The position numbers and the translations under genes are program-made. This document shows positions 1-12,700 of a DNA stretch of 64,000 bases, piece by piece. This DNA comes from Hormiphora californensis (taxonomy: Eukaryota > Animalia > Ctenophora): the NCBI GenBank assembly GCA_020137815.1, contig CM035350.1:1922001-1986000 (forward strand), written 5' to 3'. Every line of letters starts with the position of its first letter. Positions within the stretch are counted from its first letter, which is position 1. The notes beneath the pieces are model-generated. The model did not search any database, was not told where the DNA came from, and saw only the letters and a program-made list of their open reading frames with translations.

Positions 1-227
1 CTTCCCCTTTTCCCGAGCAATTTGGGAGTGGGAAATTACTTTTAAAAAAAACCCCCCCAAAAAAAAAAAGTTAAAAAAAAGGGGTTTTTTTTTTTGGGGG
101 GGGGTTTTTTTGGGTTTTTTTTTTTTGGGGTTTTTCCCCCCCTTTTTTCCCTTTTTTTTCCCCCCTTTTTGGGGGCTTTCCCGGGGGTTTCCCCTTTTTT
201 TTTTCTTAAAAACCCCTTTTTTTTTTT

Positions 228-327
228 NNNNNNNNNNNNNNNNNNNNNNNNNNNNNNNNNNNNNNNNNNNNNNNNNNNNNNNNNNNNNNNNNNNNNNNNN
301 NNNNNNNNNNNNNNNNNNNNNNNNNNN
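228..327. other. Assembly gap (100 N) within low-quality homopolymer-rich sequence (~1-1400)
   Basis: Run of n characters; flanks dominated by long A/T/G/C homopolymers typical of unpolished long-read consensus. Confidence 0.95.
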
Positions 328-2210
328 TCAAAAAATTTGAAAAGTTAAGGGGTTTTTAAAGGAGAGGGAAAGAAAGAAAGAAAGGGTTTTTTGAGGAGTA
401 GAGATATTTTTCAGCATTTTGGTTTTCCGCTAAAAATGCCATCCTACTAGAATTTTTTATTTGGGAAACCCCCTTTTAAATAGAAAAAAAGAAAAGAAAC
501 AATGTGGGTTTACAACCATTCTGAATATAAGCGTGAGGTTTGAAAATGTCCCCAGAAGAAAGAAGGGAAAAGGGGAAGCCGCTTTTAAAAATTTTTAAAA
601 AATTTGGTTTTTTTAAAAAACAAAAAAATTTTTTACCCTTTTTGATAAATATTATCCAGCAGGAATTTTTCCCAAAAATAACAAAGATATTCGGGATTGG
701 GCTTTTACGGGAAAAAACCAAAAAATGCTCGAAATTAATTCGCCCTAAAAAACATTTTATCTTTTCTGTTGGTCCATCTCACTTTAAAAATTCGAATCTC
801 CAGACAAATTTTTTTGGGGTCAATAAGGGCAAAATTCTTTTTCCCCTTAAAAAATAATTGCATTTAGGCATCAAAAAGTGAAAAAAAAATTTTTGGTTTT
901 CAATGCGATAAAAAGGGGGTTTTTTTATTTAAAACCTTTAAAGCTTTGGATTAACACCAAATTTTTTGACTAAGTGGTTAATTCTCTTATCCAAAAAGTT
1001 TCAAATATAATCGATCAAGGATAAAAAATGGCTTTTCTTTCTCTCATTTCTTTTTTCCACTCTTTCTCCCTTTCCTCTCCCCCCCAGGAAAAAGAGGGTC
1101 AGGAAGAATCGAAAACAAAAAAAAGGGCCCCAGAGATAGACCCCCTTGGGGGTCCCCACTAGCTCTCTCTCTTGCTCTCCCTCTCCCCCCTTCTCTTCTC
1201 TCTCTCTCTCTCTCCCTCTCCTTTCCCTCTCTCCTCTGCGCTTGGATTTTGGTAAAAATGAACGACGAGGGAAACCTGTGTTATGTTCTGACAGGTGATT
1301 CTTTGGGGCCCTAACGAAATTGGAACTCTTCAAAAACCCTCTTATTTTTACTCTCTTTTTTTCCTTTTTTCAACAGAGATTTTTGAGAAACACGCAGAGT
1401 GATGGAGCAGAGACCAACAGAGAGGGAGAGAAAGATAGAGGGAGATAGAGGGAGATAGAGAAAGATAGAGGGAGATAGAGAAAGATAGAGGGAGATAGAG
1501 AAAGATAGAGGGAGATAGAGAAAGTTAGAGCTCAAGGTGGGCCTCCCGGAAGAGGCGATCACAGCTCGTGGGATTTGACATCTCTTGACAAACGAAGAAG
1601 ACCCTGTTTACAATGTAATCGGATTTACACTTTTAACAGGGAGCTAGTAGTAAGAGGACTAACTAACTAAGTGTATCATAGTAGTAAAATAATTTGACAC
1701 GTGACTATATAGAGCTCCCAACAACGCGGACGAATTGACATGGAATGCTGACCCATATTATCCTAGCTCACTCTAGCTCTCTCTCTCTCTCTCCCCCTTG
1801 TTGTCCCCTCTCTATCCCCCTCTCTATCCTCCCCTCTTTCCTCCCTCTCTCCTGATTCACCACGGTATACTAATTGAGATTGGAATTTGACGGACAGAGA
1901 GCTAACTATCTAGAGAGAGGAGGAGGAGGGTTAACTATAGGGAATTGTAGGGATTCTCACGTGCACACCACCAGCTTGGGAACTAGCTCGGGGTAAACCC
2001 AATAAACCAATTAACGAGTTGTAATTGGTCCTTAATTGACAGCCCATCATCAGATCCCACCCCCCCCCCACCCCCCGTGATACAGTCCCCTCTCTCGTTT
2101 TACTACTTCAGCCCTGACAGATTAACCATCGCTACAATCAACATCTAAAACCCCGGGGTTTTCTCTGGATTGGGAGCTGCGATGGTAACTTTAAATAAGC
2201 AAGGAATTAT

Positions 2211-2787
2211 GGGGGGGGGCCAAGGCCAAAAAAAGCCAGATCAATCCCGGATTTTAGGGCGGGTCTGGCTTTTTTTGGCTTTTTTTGGCCCTACTTTTTT
2301 GGTCATTTTGGCATGTAATTCTGACATTATATGGTCTGTTTGACATTAAAAACACTTAAAATGGCTTCTTTGATCTAGTTTTACCATTTTATATCGTTAG
2401 GGAAAAAAATTTATACCGAAAAAAGTTTGATATAAAAAAGCCAGATCAAAAAAAGCCAAAAAAAGCCAGATCAAAAAAAGCCAAAAAAAGCCAGATCAAA
2501 AAAAGCCAGATCAAAAAAAGCCAGATCAAAAAAAGCCAAAAAAAGCCAGATCAAAACTGATAAATCAAAAAAAGCCAGATCAAAAAAAGCCAAAAAAAGC
2601 CAAAAAAGGCCAATAAAAGCCAAAAAAGGCCAAAAAAAGCCAGATCAAAAAAGGCCAGATCAAAAAAAGCCAAAAAAAGCCAGATCAAAAAAAGCCAAAA
2701 AAAGCCAGATCAAAAAAAGCCAAAAAAAGCCAGATCAGACCCGGATTTCAGGGCGGGTTTGGCTTTTTTTGGCCTTGGCCCCCCCCC
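2211..2787. mobile_element. Non-autonomous TIR DNA element with poly-G termini and internal (aaaaaagccagatc)-type tandem repeats
   Basis: Left ggggggggccaaggccaaaaaaagcca and right tggctttttttggccttggccccccccc form inverted termini; tandem aaaaaagccagatc/aaaaaagcca units at 2435-2735; related shorter copy at ~33805-34000. No clean TSD seen. Confidence 0.75.
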
Positions 2788-3691
2788 ATTATTATAAAAT
2801 TGAGCGACTAAAACTGAATTGCTTTTTATAGCGGGCGCTATGGTTGACAGACAAAAACAATTAATAAACATTGATTGACCTGTACAAGTAATAAGTAAAT
2901 GCTTGAAACACACATCAAATTTATTACAATTCTCGAGAATTCCACTACTATTATAGGCAATAAATATAAAAGTTGTTACTCAACAATATATAAGAGGGGG
3001 AAGCATCCTGAAATGAAGCATTTCACAGAGAACCTGAGAATGAGAGAGAAACAATAAAAGTTCAGTAACTATAGATCCATACAGAGCTGCAACTATACCT
3101 TCATGATCTGGTTATATAATGCAGCATCTGCAGAGTCGCATCAATCATCATTTGAATGATTCGTGATCACATCTTACAAATTCCAATTGATTGCAGAGCT
3201 GCAGAATGATCAATCAGTCACTGAAGGGGCGGAGTCCAATAAAAAGATAGAGAGAGAGGTGGATAGAGATAGAGAGAGATGGATAGAGAGATATAGAGTC
3301 CCCTATCTTGCAGTTATTAAAATCATGAACTCCACCCCTTTCTGCAATGTCATTATAGCTAGAAAGAGATAGGAGAGTCTCTGATTCTCTAGAACGATCC
3401 GTACTTAATAATGCTAATATGGGACCTAATAATGGGACTAACATATTATGTGTAGTGCACAGCTCAGCCGGTAAACCACTAAACCAAACCGTTCTATATT
3501 ATCTGGGCGCGATCACTACTGCAGTACTATCTGGTATTGAGACACTGGGCAGCTAGGCCAAGAGGAGGAGAAGGATCGATCGCAGCTGAACGGAGTATTC
3601 TAGCTCCTGGCAATATATGGGAGTGGTCGAGGGTGACAAGTGCTCTCTTTCTTTCTCGTTCTCTCTCTCTCTCTCTCATTTTCTCTCTCTC

Positions 3692-3735
<44 letters not shown>

Positions 3736-3892
3736 TCTCATATTTGTTCTCTTTCTCAGCCATGTTAGCGACATATTCCATACAGTGCAGCAGGGTTGGG
3801 CTGCCCCAGCATTATTTAGACGAATTTAGAACGTGTTAATTCGGTCCAATCGGTACGGACCTTCCAGGCTAAGATCCCCGTGGGAGATAGAG

Positions 3893-3937
<45 letters not shown>

Positions 3938-4265
3938 AGGAGAGAGAGAGAAAGAGAGAGAGAGAAAGAGAGACGGTTTGATAGATGGAAAGCAGCTCTG
4001 CCCCTCCCAAAGCTAGTTATCATGTGACGTTAACAAGGTGCCAGTGATCAGCAGGAATTTCCCAGGTTCATTTCGTACAAGCCAATGCCCATATATGGTG
4101 ACGCCCACGTCCAAATAAGGTGTGAATTGTGCACCAGGTAATGACGGGCTCACCCTCTACATGTGACATGGAGGTTGAAAAGGAGGAAGAGGAGGAGGAG
4201 CTATGTCGGGGTGATGTAACAGGAAATAAATACCAACGGCTGATGTTTCCATGAAGAGGGAGCTG

Positions 4266-4428
<163 letters not shown>

Positions 4429-5584
4429 CGGAGAGAAAAGGAGAGGTAGAAAGATGGATAGAGATAAGTGACAGATATGAATATCTAAAAGCTACTGGAG
4501 ACTAAAAACATCGACACTCGACTACTAAAAACTTGGTCTTCAAATGAACAAGAGAAGAGAAAGGGAACACTCTTTCGTAGATAATAGGAATTGTTTCAAC
4601 ATTTTTCCCTAATATGCGATTTGCATTCTCTTTCACTACTTTTCTCCCATTTTATTTTCTAGCCCATTCTCCCTGCATCCCCAGAATGAGGCTAACTGTT
4701 TGAGTAAACACCGCTTCATGGGGTTATACACCTGGAAATTCTCTCAACGACCAATACTAATGCAAAGAAGAATGAAAGAAAGGGGCAAACATCCAACATA
4801 TTCAATTTTCAAATGGAAAAAGATAAGGGCGAGGGAGGCAGAGAGAGGGTGAGAGGAAAATTAAAGAGATAATCAGGTTGCAGAAGCACGGTTTTTTCAA
4901 CCCTCGTTTACAAGCGCTGCTACAATGAACATGCTATCTACGGAAAGTAAGAACCGAATGATGATGATATTGATGATGGCAGGGGGGTTCCAAGGAACGA
5001 GAGACCGTCAGCTTGGATGGTGAAATGTGCACCACTGAAAGAGTTACGGGCAATTTTAGAACGGAGAAGAGAGGGGCTGATAGAATGATAGAGACTAGAT
5101 GTGGAGCAAATAGAAAGTACAGTGGGTAAGCAAGAGATAAAATTGAGAGAGAGAAAGAGAAGGGTATAATGATAGCAGTCTCTTTTTCCAAGTGTTTTTT
5201 AACCCACTCACCTCCTTCTCGCCCTTTCTCTCTTTTTCACTTTCCTTACGGAAAATGGTCTGACGGCTAGTTTAGATAAGATGTGTCCCAGACGGTGTCT
5301 ATAACTAATTTACCCCCAAGTATAAGTACTGCAGCTGTTACATAAGCGTAGGCTTTATGTAATGTGTAATTCAAATCGATACATAACCAAATCTAGACAC
5401 AAATCTGCCGACAAATCATGGTCTAGCACAATCCATTAAAATAGCAATAGTATACGAGCCCGATACTCCTGCAGTACCTTGTTAGGCAAGAGCAGATTAC
5501 ATAGATGGAGACGGTTAGGGGGGCTTGAAAATAGGGTAAATTACAAGATCAGAAAAAAAAGCTTTTACACTATTCGAGAAAAGA

Positions 5585-5664
<80 letters not shown>

Positions 5665-8466
5665 TGAAAGAGAAAAGGACAATAGCAATTCTTAGCGGAT
5701 CCTATTAGCTTGTCCCCGATCTAGAACAGATCATAGTCCGTTTTCTGAATAACAAGTCAACAACGCTAAAACAATGTTCGTAATCTTACAACGAGGAAAC
5801 TTATTACCGTCCGGGAGATTCTGGACATGTGATCCGTGAGCTAAGGAGAGAGAAACTGAGGAAAAAAGAGATGAATCTGGATCAAGTGCAGGATTGTTAA
5901 ACACCGACTATTATAATAGAGTACTGATGATCAAAGAACCAGCAAAAATAGCTGGCTACTATATAGTCAACTAGTGCTCAGAATAGTAGGAGAGCGGTCC
6001 CTCTCTTTCTGTGACTTTCTCACACACGCACAATAAAAACACATATTCGCACATGTGTTTTTCTTCATCTTTTCAACTATTTGATCTTTCTCTCTCTCAC
6101 CCCTCTCTCTTTCACTCTCTCTCAATCTCCCTCTCTCTCAATCTCCCTATCTTTTTACTCCTTCCCTTTCTCTCTCTCTCCCTTACCACAATCTCACTTG
6201 CTTGTCACTTACAATTAATTTTACTACTGCAGCAGGCTCCTGCGTGTTCATTCAATGCTCACTTCATATTACCTCTCACGACACTGCGGAGCTAGAGGGG
6301 GGTGTAGACGGCTGGTCTGCTCACGTCACCTCATATTTGTACCAGTCACCGGTAGGCACGGTCCCGGCGATATGGAGAAAAACTATGACCAATGGCTATT
6401 TGTACCGTGGGGACTGAAATTTAAAGTATAAAAAGATAGGTTTATTATAGCTGAGTATGCATGACGATTTAGATATAGGATCTGGAAATGGAAATCGTTT
6501 TCGTCAGAAATCAGAATAATGTAAAATATGTGAGCTATCGCTATCATTACATGGTCTATAACAATACTATGGTGATTTGGTGTCAAAACTAAACAAGAAG
6601 AATCTTCTGGACAAGGAGATCATATCGAGTAAATACGGCCGTAGCTGTGATCCATGTGAAGGCCCATAAAAGTGCAAGTCTATGCACGTGCGGTGAAAGA
6701 CACGCTGTGCGAAAACGATTAGAAACGCCTCTCCAACCCTCTCACTTACTAAATCTCTCTCTCATTCTCATTCTATAAACTAGAGTTTCTCCGCTTCTCA
6801 TTTTATGCCAAATTCCAGCTAGTATAACACCAAGATCACGCACAAGTTACAGATGATGTTATAAGTGGGAGGGGTGGATAAGAAACCCGCAAAAAAGCTC
6901 GATCCATCTCAGTGATTCAACATTCTCGATTCTCTTAGTTCTGATCGGGGCGCGGTGAGGCAGGGACTATTTATCTGCCTAGTTTGATCTTCGAGTAATG
7001 AGTAGGACCCCTCAAAAACTGCATTAAAAATTCCGAAACGTCAATCGAATTGAATTCAACGTGAATTGTGACGCACTTTTACGCCACTATTTACTCGATA
7101 ACACCTGTCTCTTACACAAGGAATAGAAACAGACGATAGCTATAATTCGGAAAGACAGCGAGGGATAAAAGACAAGGAAAGATAGAAGGAGAGTATCTGT
7201 AGACGCGGCTGGATTGATTACAGGCTAATCAAGGGACGCTTCAACACTTCAGCTACGAAACACTACTCACATGGTCAATAGGGTGTCAGATGAGAGAGAA
7301 AGAGGAATAGAGCTTGCTTGTATAATTATAGAGGCTAGATAGGGTGAAACTAAAATATTCGAGAGACTTCGACAAAACACTGACGTAAAACTAAATTTTT
7401 TAATCCGTCTATTGGGCCCGGTTTTTGTAAAAGGTATAAAAGAGACTTCGACCGGCCATTTTACTCTAGGGCAAAACAAGATGCAAAGCAAGAACACCAG
7501 TACGTTTATCATGATAATAGATATGAGATTAAAATGACATCGCGATCGAAAGATAAAACAGTGAGTCACATATACAACCTTTAGTAACAACTTCTTACCG
7601 TAAAAGAAAAGAGTGTTTCCCGGAACTCTAGATATAGTTTCTCTTGGGGGGTTTGAACGCTGAACGGTTTATACTTTCTAGAATAACAAGAAGAAGCTTT
7701 GCCTTGCTCGACCCTGTACTGTTTCACCATGAAAATGCAAAGGAGGGTTAGAACATAACAAAATGAGCTGATGTGAATAGCATTTATCATGGTCTAACAA
7801 GAGATTATAAAACTAAACAGTAAAACTCATATCACACGGAGTACACAATACAATCGCAACAATACACGCAACACACACACTGGGATGGGCACATACACAC
7901 AGACGCACACTCGCGGTACACTGAGATGCACGTGCGGATTTTGAGCCGCGCGCGAGAATGGGACACAAAGAGAGAAAGAGAAACAGAGATCTCGATGATT
8001 CCTTTCATTTCGTTTACCTACTGCAGCTGCACTTTACCAGTTTACTTGCAGTTTGAACTTTTATCGGTTTTATTGATTCGTATTTCGTGTTCACTCACCC
8101 CTCACCTATTCCACGGAACATTCCAAATTTATTGTGATTTACCCCAGTTTGTCAGCCTACTCGACTAGCCATGACAGTTGTAGGTTTCATTGTATCAACA
8201 GTTCAGTGTTAAAAGTGACTCACTCACAAGTCACACTAACCCGTGGGAGCGGACTCGCAATTTGTTTTATTTGATGTTTGTAATACCTGTAGGTAATTAT
8301 AGTTTTCCTTATCGTCACAATTTATTGGCTTGTTGCTTTCCGCGTCGTGATCCAGATCAATGAGAAAATGAGATCAAGTGCACGAGTGTTGGGAGAGTGA
8401 GAGAATTAGAGAGAGAGGGAGAGTTAGAGAAATAGAGAGAGGGAGAGAGAGTGAGAGAGAGAGAGA

Positions 8467-8530
<64 letters not shown>

Positions 8531-9734
8531 GAGAGAGGGAGAGAGAGTTAAAGAGATAGAGAGAGAAAGACGCCAGTTTACTATGGACATTTGGTAATTA
8601 ATGTTAGAGACACCACCTGTGTGTTTCAAGAATGGACAGAATTGAAGTTTCATCTCGGTCTCTACCTCACACATATATATCCGCCCCAAAATTATAATTC
8701 CTTTGCCGTCTAGATTTTCTGATGAAAACTACTTTTTGACTGGAACTGTTTATTTGATTGATTTTTGCCACAGAGGGAGGAAAATAGGGATAGTTAGATC
8801 GAGAAGAAATATTGAGAAAGATAGTTAGTAGATGACAGGTGCTCCCTGGTTAATGTCATCTCTACCAAACCGTATCCATAGCAACGGACAGATGTGTCTT
8901 TGTGTGGGACAGAGAACTAGCTTTTATTTTATTTTATAGATTACTGTTTCATCCCTCTCTCCCTCTCTTTCCATCGAACTAAGGCCATCCTCCATTATTT
9001 CATAGTGTTTGGTTGGGAGCTGAGCTAAAGAGCTCCCCCCTTGAGAGAAAGTGCCTTCCCTGCAGTAACCAGGTGTCATAGCTTGTCCTTTGCCAGCTCT
9101 GAGCTGAGAGAGCTGGAGCGCGTGTCCCCAATTATCCACCCACTAATGACAGTCACGTGACACACCACGTGACCTTGTAACTGCCCCGCACCTGACAAAA
9201 CCAGCCAATGAGAAAATTCCGGACACCCAGGTGTCCGGCCCATTTGGGGCATGTCTCATCCAGGGCAATCCTTGCTCTCCCCCGCTTTAGTCATTTCTCA
9301 TTCTCGTTCCTTTTGCTATGCTTTTCAAGTTGAAACTCAACCTCATTTCTACTGCCGCACCCCCGCTGCACCTTAAAAACCCGTGGGATTATATTAGTAA
9401 TGCCTTCAGGATGAATGCAGCTATGAAACAAGAAGATACAGACGATATAGCTCGGGGAAAGACACACACCATGTATCCTTTATAGCCATTCTCTCTCTAG
9501 AAACAATCGCTGCTACTCTTTGCTGCACTCACCCTTTGTTAGTCCGTCCGTCCGTGGTGTCAGGGTTGTCAGGGTATCTGCTAAGCAGGGTTCACTTAGT
9601 GAACTTCACTAAAAGGTTGTCTAGCGCCGACCCGATCTGACTCAGAGCGGGGTCTGTCGGCGCCAGACAGCAACAAGGGCACAAGCTGTAACATCTCCTA
9701 TATCATAACACCCTTTAAATCCCCCTGAAATCAG

Positions 9735-12700
9735 TTAGTTGCACACCTCCTGATGGTGATGAGAGTGTTATCCAGACAAGCAACAGACATTGGAAGTACG
9801 ATAAATCATCTTATGATACGACTACCGAGGTAACTTCACATTTTATCCGTTTGGTACATTTGAGTAGCTCACACCGCTGTGAGGGTAGAGCAACATCATA
9901 TACCCTAATTCTTGGTAGTTCTTGATATTTAGAATGTGCATGGCCATGTGCTTTATATCACGGGTGGCTGTGTAAATTCAAAATTGATATTTAGGCACGT
10001 GGCGTGGGTTTATACAGAGGCTTGATCTCGGAGGATTTGTGATTTTGGATATCAAGATAAATAAGATTCAAGATTCAAAACAAACATTATCCCATTCCAA
10101 CCAGGGATACGATCTGGGCCAAGAACTCATCTTACAATGCCAGGAAGGATATTTCTTCCAGTTCCCGGACGACAGTAAAGTCTCACAAATCTCCGTCGAA
10201 TGTGATTCGTCCAAACAATGGAAGGTCACCTCAGACTCACAATGGAGTTTCCTTGACACCGTCAATTCTCGATGTGTCCGTAAGTGCAGCTCATAACACC
10301 CTTTATATTTTACATCTCAGTCAATTATAATTATAAACGAAGTGATATGATCAGGAAGCTGCTTCTCTCCAACCTCCATGGTATATCCTGATATATTCCC
10401 TGATACATCACACATATCTCCCTCTTCCCAGATGAAGTGAAGTGCACCCCAAGAACGGGGACAGTTGCTAGTTCCAACCCAGTGTATGTGGGTGATATAG
10501 TTACCATCACCCCTACCCCTGGTAACACCCTGTACTCAATGTCGGATAAGGGGGAGCTGGTGGAGGTTGAATCTAGCAGTCAGACCGTCAGTTGTCTTGA
10601 GACAGGGGAGTTTAGCGAGGATCTGTATGCAGGTAATTTATATCATGAGGGATAGGGGGGACACCGTTCCAATATGGAGTGACTAGCAAGATTTACAGGA
10701 AGGAGGGAATGTAAAGTAAATTACTCTCCACTGTTTCAGGTACAATGAAGTACCTGACCGTTGTGCTAGAATCAGGGGAGAGTTTTGAGTACCTTGGAGA
10801 GAAGGGTACCGTTATAATCGGTCAGCAGGTTGCCACAGTTAGCCAGGTGTTTGACTCACTACGGGACTGTCTCTCAGATACCGAACTCCTCGTTCCTACC
10901 AGTTCCAAACGGTTCAGGTATGTTTACATTTTGGAGTGGGAAGATAGGCCCGGTGCTAGTTGAACTAGAAATTTAACTTGTTTATTTGTTGTTACTCAAC
11001 AAAGTTCAACTGACCTTGATCTTCTAGTAACAACTAGTAGAATGGTAGTTCAACTACCATCCTTCAACAACTTTGTTGCAAGGGATGACGTGATAGATGT
11101 GGGAGCTACCACTGGCACTTCACCCCCCCCCCCCCCCCCATGACGTGTGCTCAGTTGTTGTTTTGTGATCTGCAGTTAGTGTGCCACGTCACAATTTATC
11201 AATCTCTCTTTAATTCGTTCTCAACCCCCTCCCCCCTCCCACACAGGCGCCTCTCCGCTAAACGCACCTTGGTTCAAACTAAAGTTCTGGAACTTGGAGA
11301 CACAGGTGCTGCCCTTGATATGTCCGGGAGCACAGTTGAGGGATTACCCACTGTCCAGATAGCAAGTGCCACCTATGTTGCTGATGGAATATGTTCAGAC
11401 ATAAACGAGGAAACAAGTAGGGGGTCTTACGATTGGTCAGGAATGGTATAAAAGACTGCAAATTTGGTGGGCAGACCTGCTTTAGCACATGTGACTGTGA
11501 TGAGGTAACTGATCAGATGCTAAAGTTTAACTTAAACAGATATTTAATCTCTCTATTTTAGACCTCGTCAGACAGATACATACAGATAGTATACCGAGGT
11601 TCCAACTACGGTTCCGTTTCAGGAGGGCCTATGTGTTCTTCTGACAGACTATACGGATTGCCAATTTGAATCCGAGACCACCAACAAGATTTCTGATATT
11701 GAGAAGAGTAGTGACAGTATGGAGGAGAAGGCCCAACAACTTGATGAGGCCACTAAGGAACTCAGTGAAGAGACCCTTGATGAAGACGGGTAGGCTCACT
11801 ATTACCCCCCCCCCCCCTACAACAAACACCGGCCCCTCCCACATTCCATTATTTGAGAGAAATGAAAACAGGGTCAGACCAATGCCCTAACAGATTCCCC
11901 ATCCACCGGTTCACGTGGTATTACTACAAACTTGACGTGGTTATTACCCCATCTACTTCTAGTTGCTTTACAAAGTTTTCCAATTCATTAAATTTCAGGT
12001 ATTCGATAAGTGCAACTGTGATTGATAGTATCCTGTCTGGTATTGACTCTTCAGACAGCCCTACTGAAGTTGCAGATAACATCTTCAATGTGATTGATAG
12101 ATTTGCCAACGCCAAGAACCTTCTAGCTTACAAGGATGCCGTAGCGACTGAAAGGTGAGTTTCATAAATCACGTGCTTGTCATATGCCGTCTGGCGGCGC
12201 CGAACCCGTGTGATTGTCTCTCCCTCTCACAGTGAGCACGGGACGGCGCCGCTAGACAGAACATAAGTAAGGCGTCACGGGGGTACTATAACGCGTGATT
12301 TTCAGATATTTGACTGCGTTGGATACTGTTCTGGGGACCCGGGACGCCTCTAAACCGATCACTGGAACGAACATCAAAGGGAAACTGATACCGGACATAC
12401 CCAAGGATGGACCCATCAAACTGGAGACCACTGCTGATGGGGCTATCGAGGAGACAGGGGAGGCAGGAGTGAAGAAAGCAGCTGAAATTTCTGTCACCAT
12501 ACCTTCCTCTTTTGCTAATACACTGGGAAACTTGGGTGAAGATAATAGGTAAATACAGATTCACAACCCTCTAACTTGTATCTTGTTCTGGATCTCTGAT
12601 TATAATTGGCCTATCCCAGATCCCAGTAGTACTACTACTAGAAGTTAGAGTTGTTTTCGTTTGCTTCTTGATAACAAACAACACAATGTTCCCATGGTAA

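Noticed and set aside
2435-2735. Regular short repeats resembling a CRISPR array (also 28540-28620 and 24950-25095)
   Set aside because: No unique spacers or cas genes; eukaryotic context; these are subterminal repeats of TIR elements.
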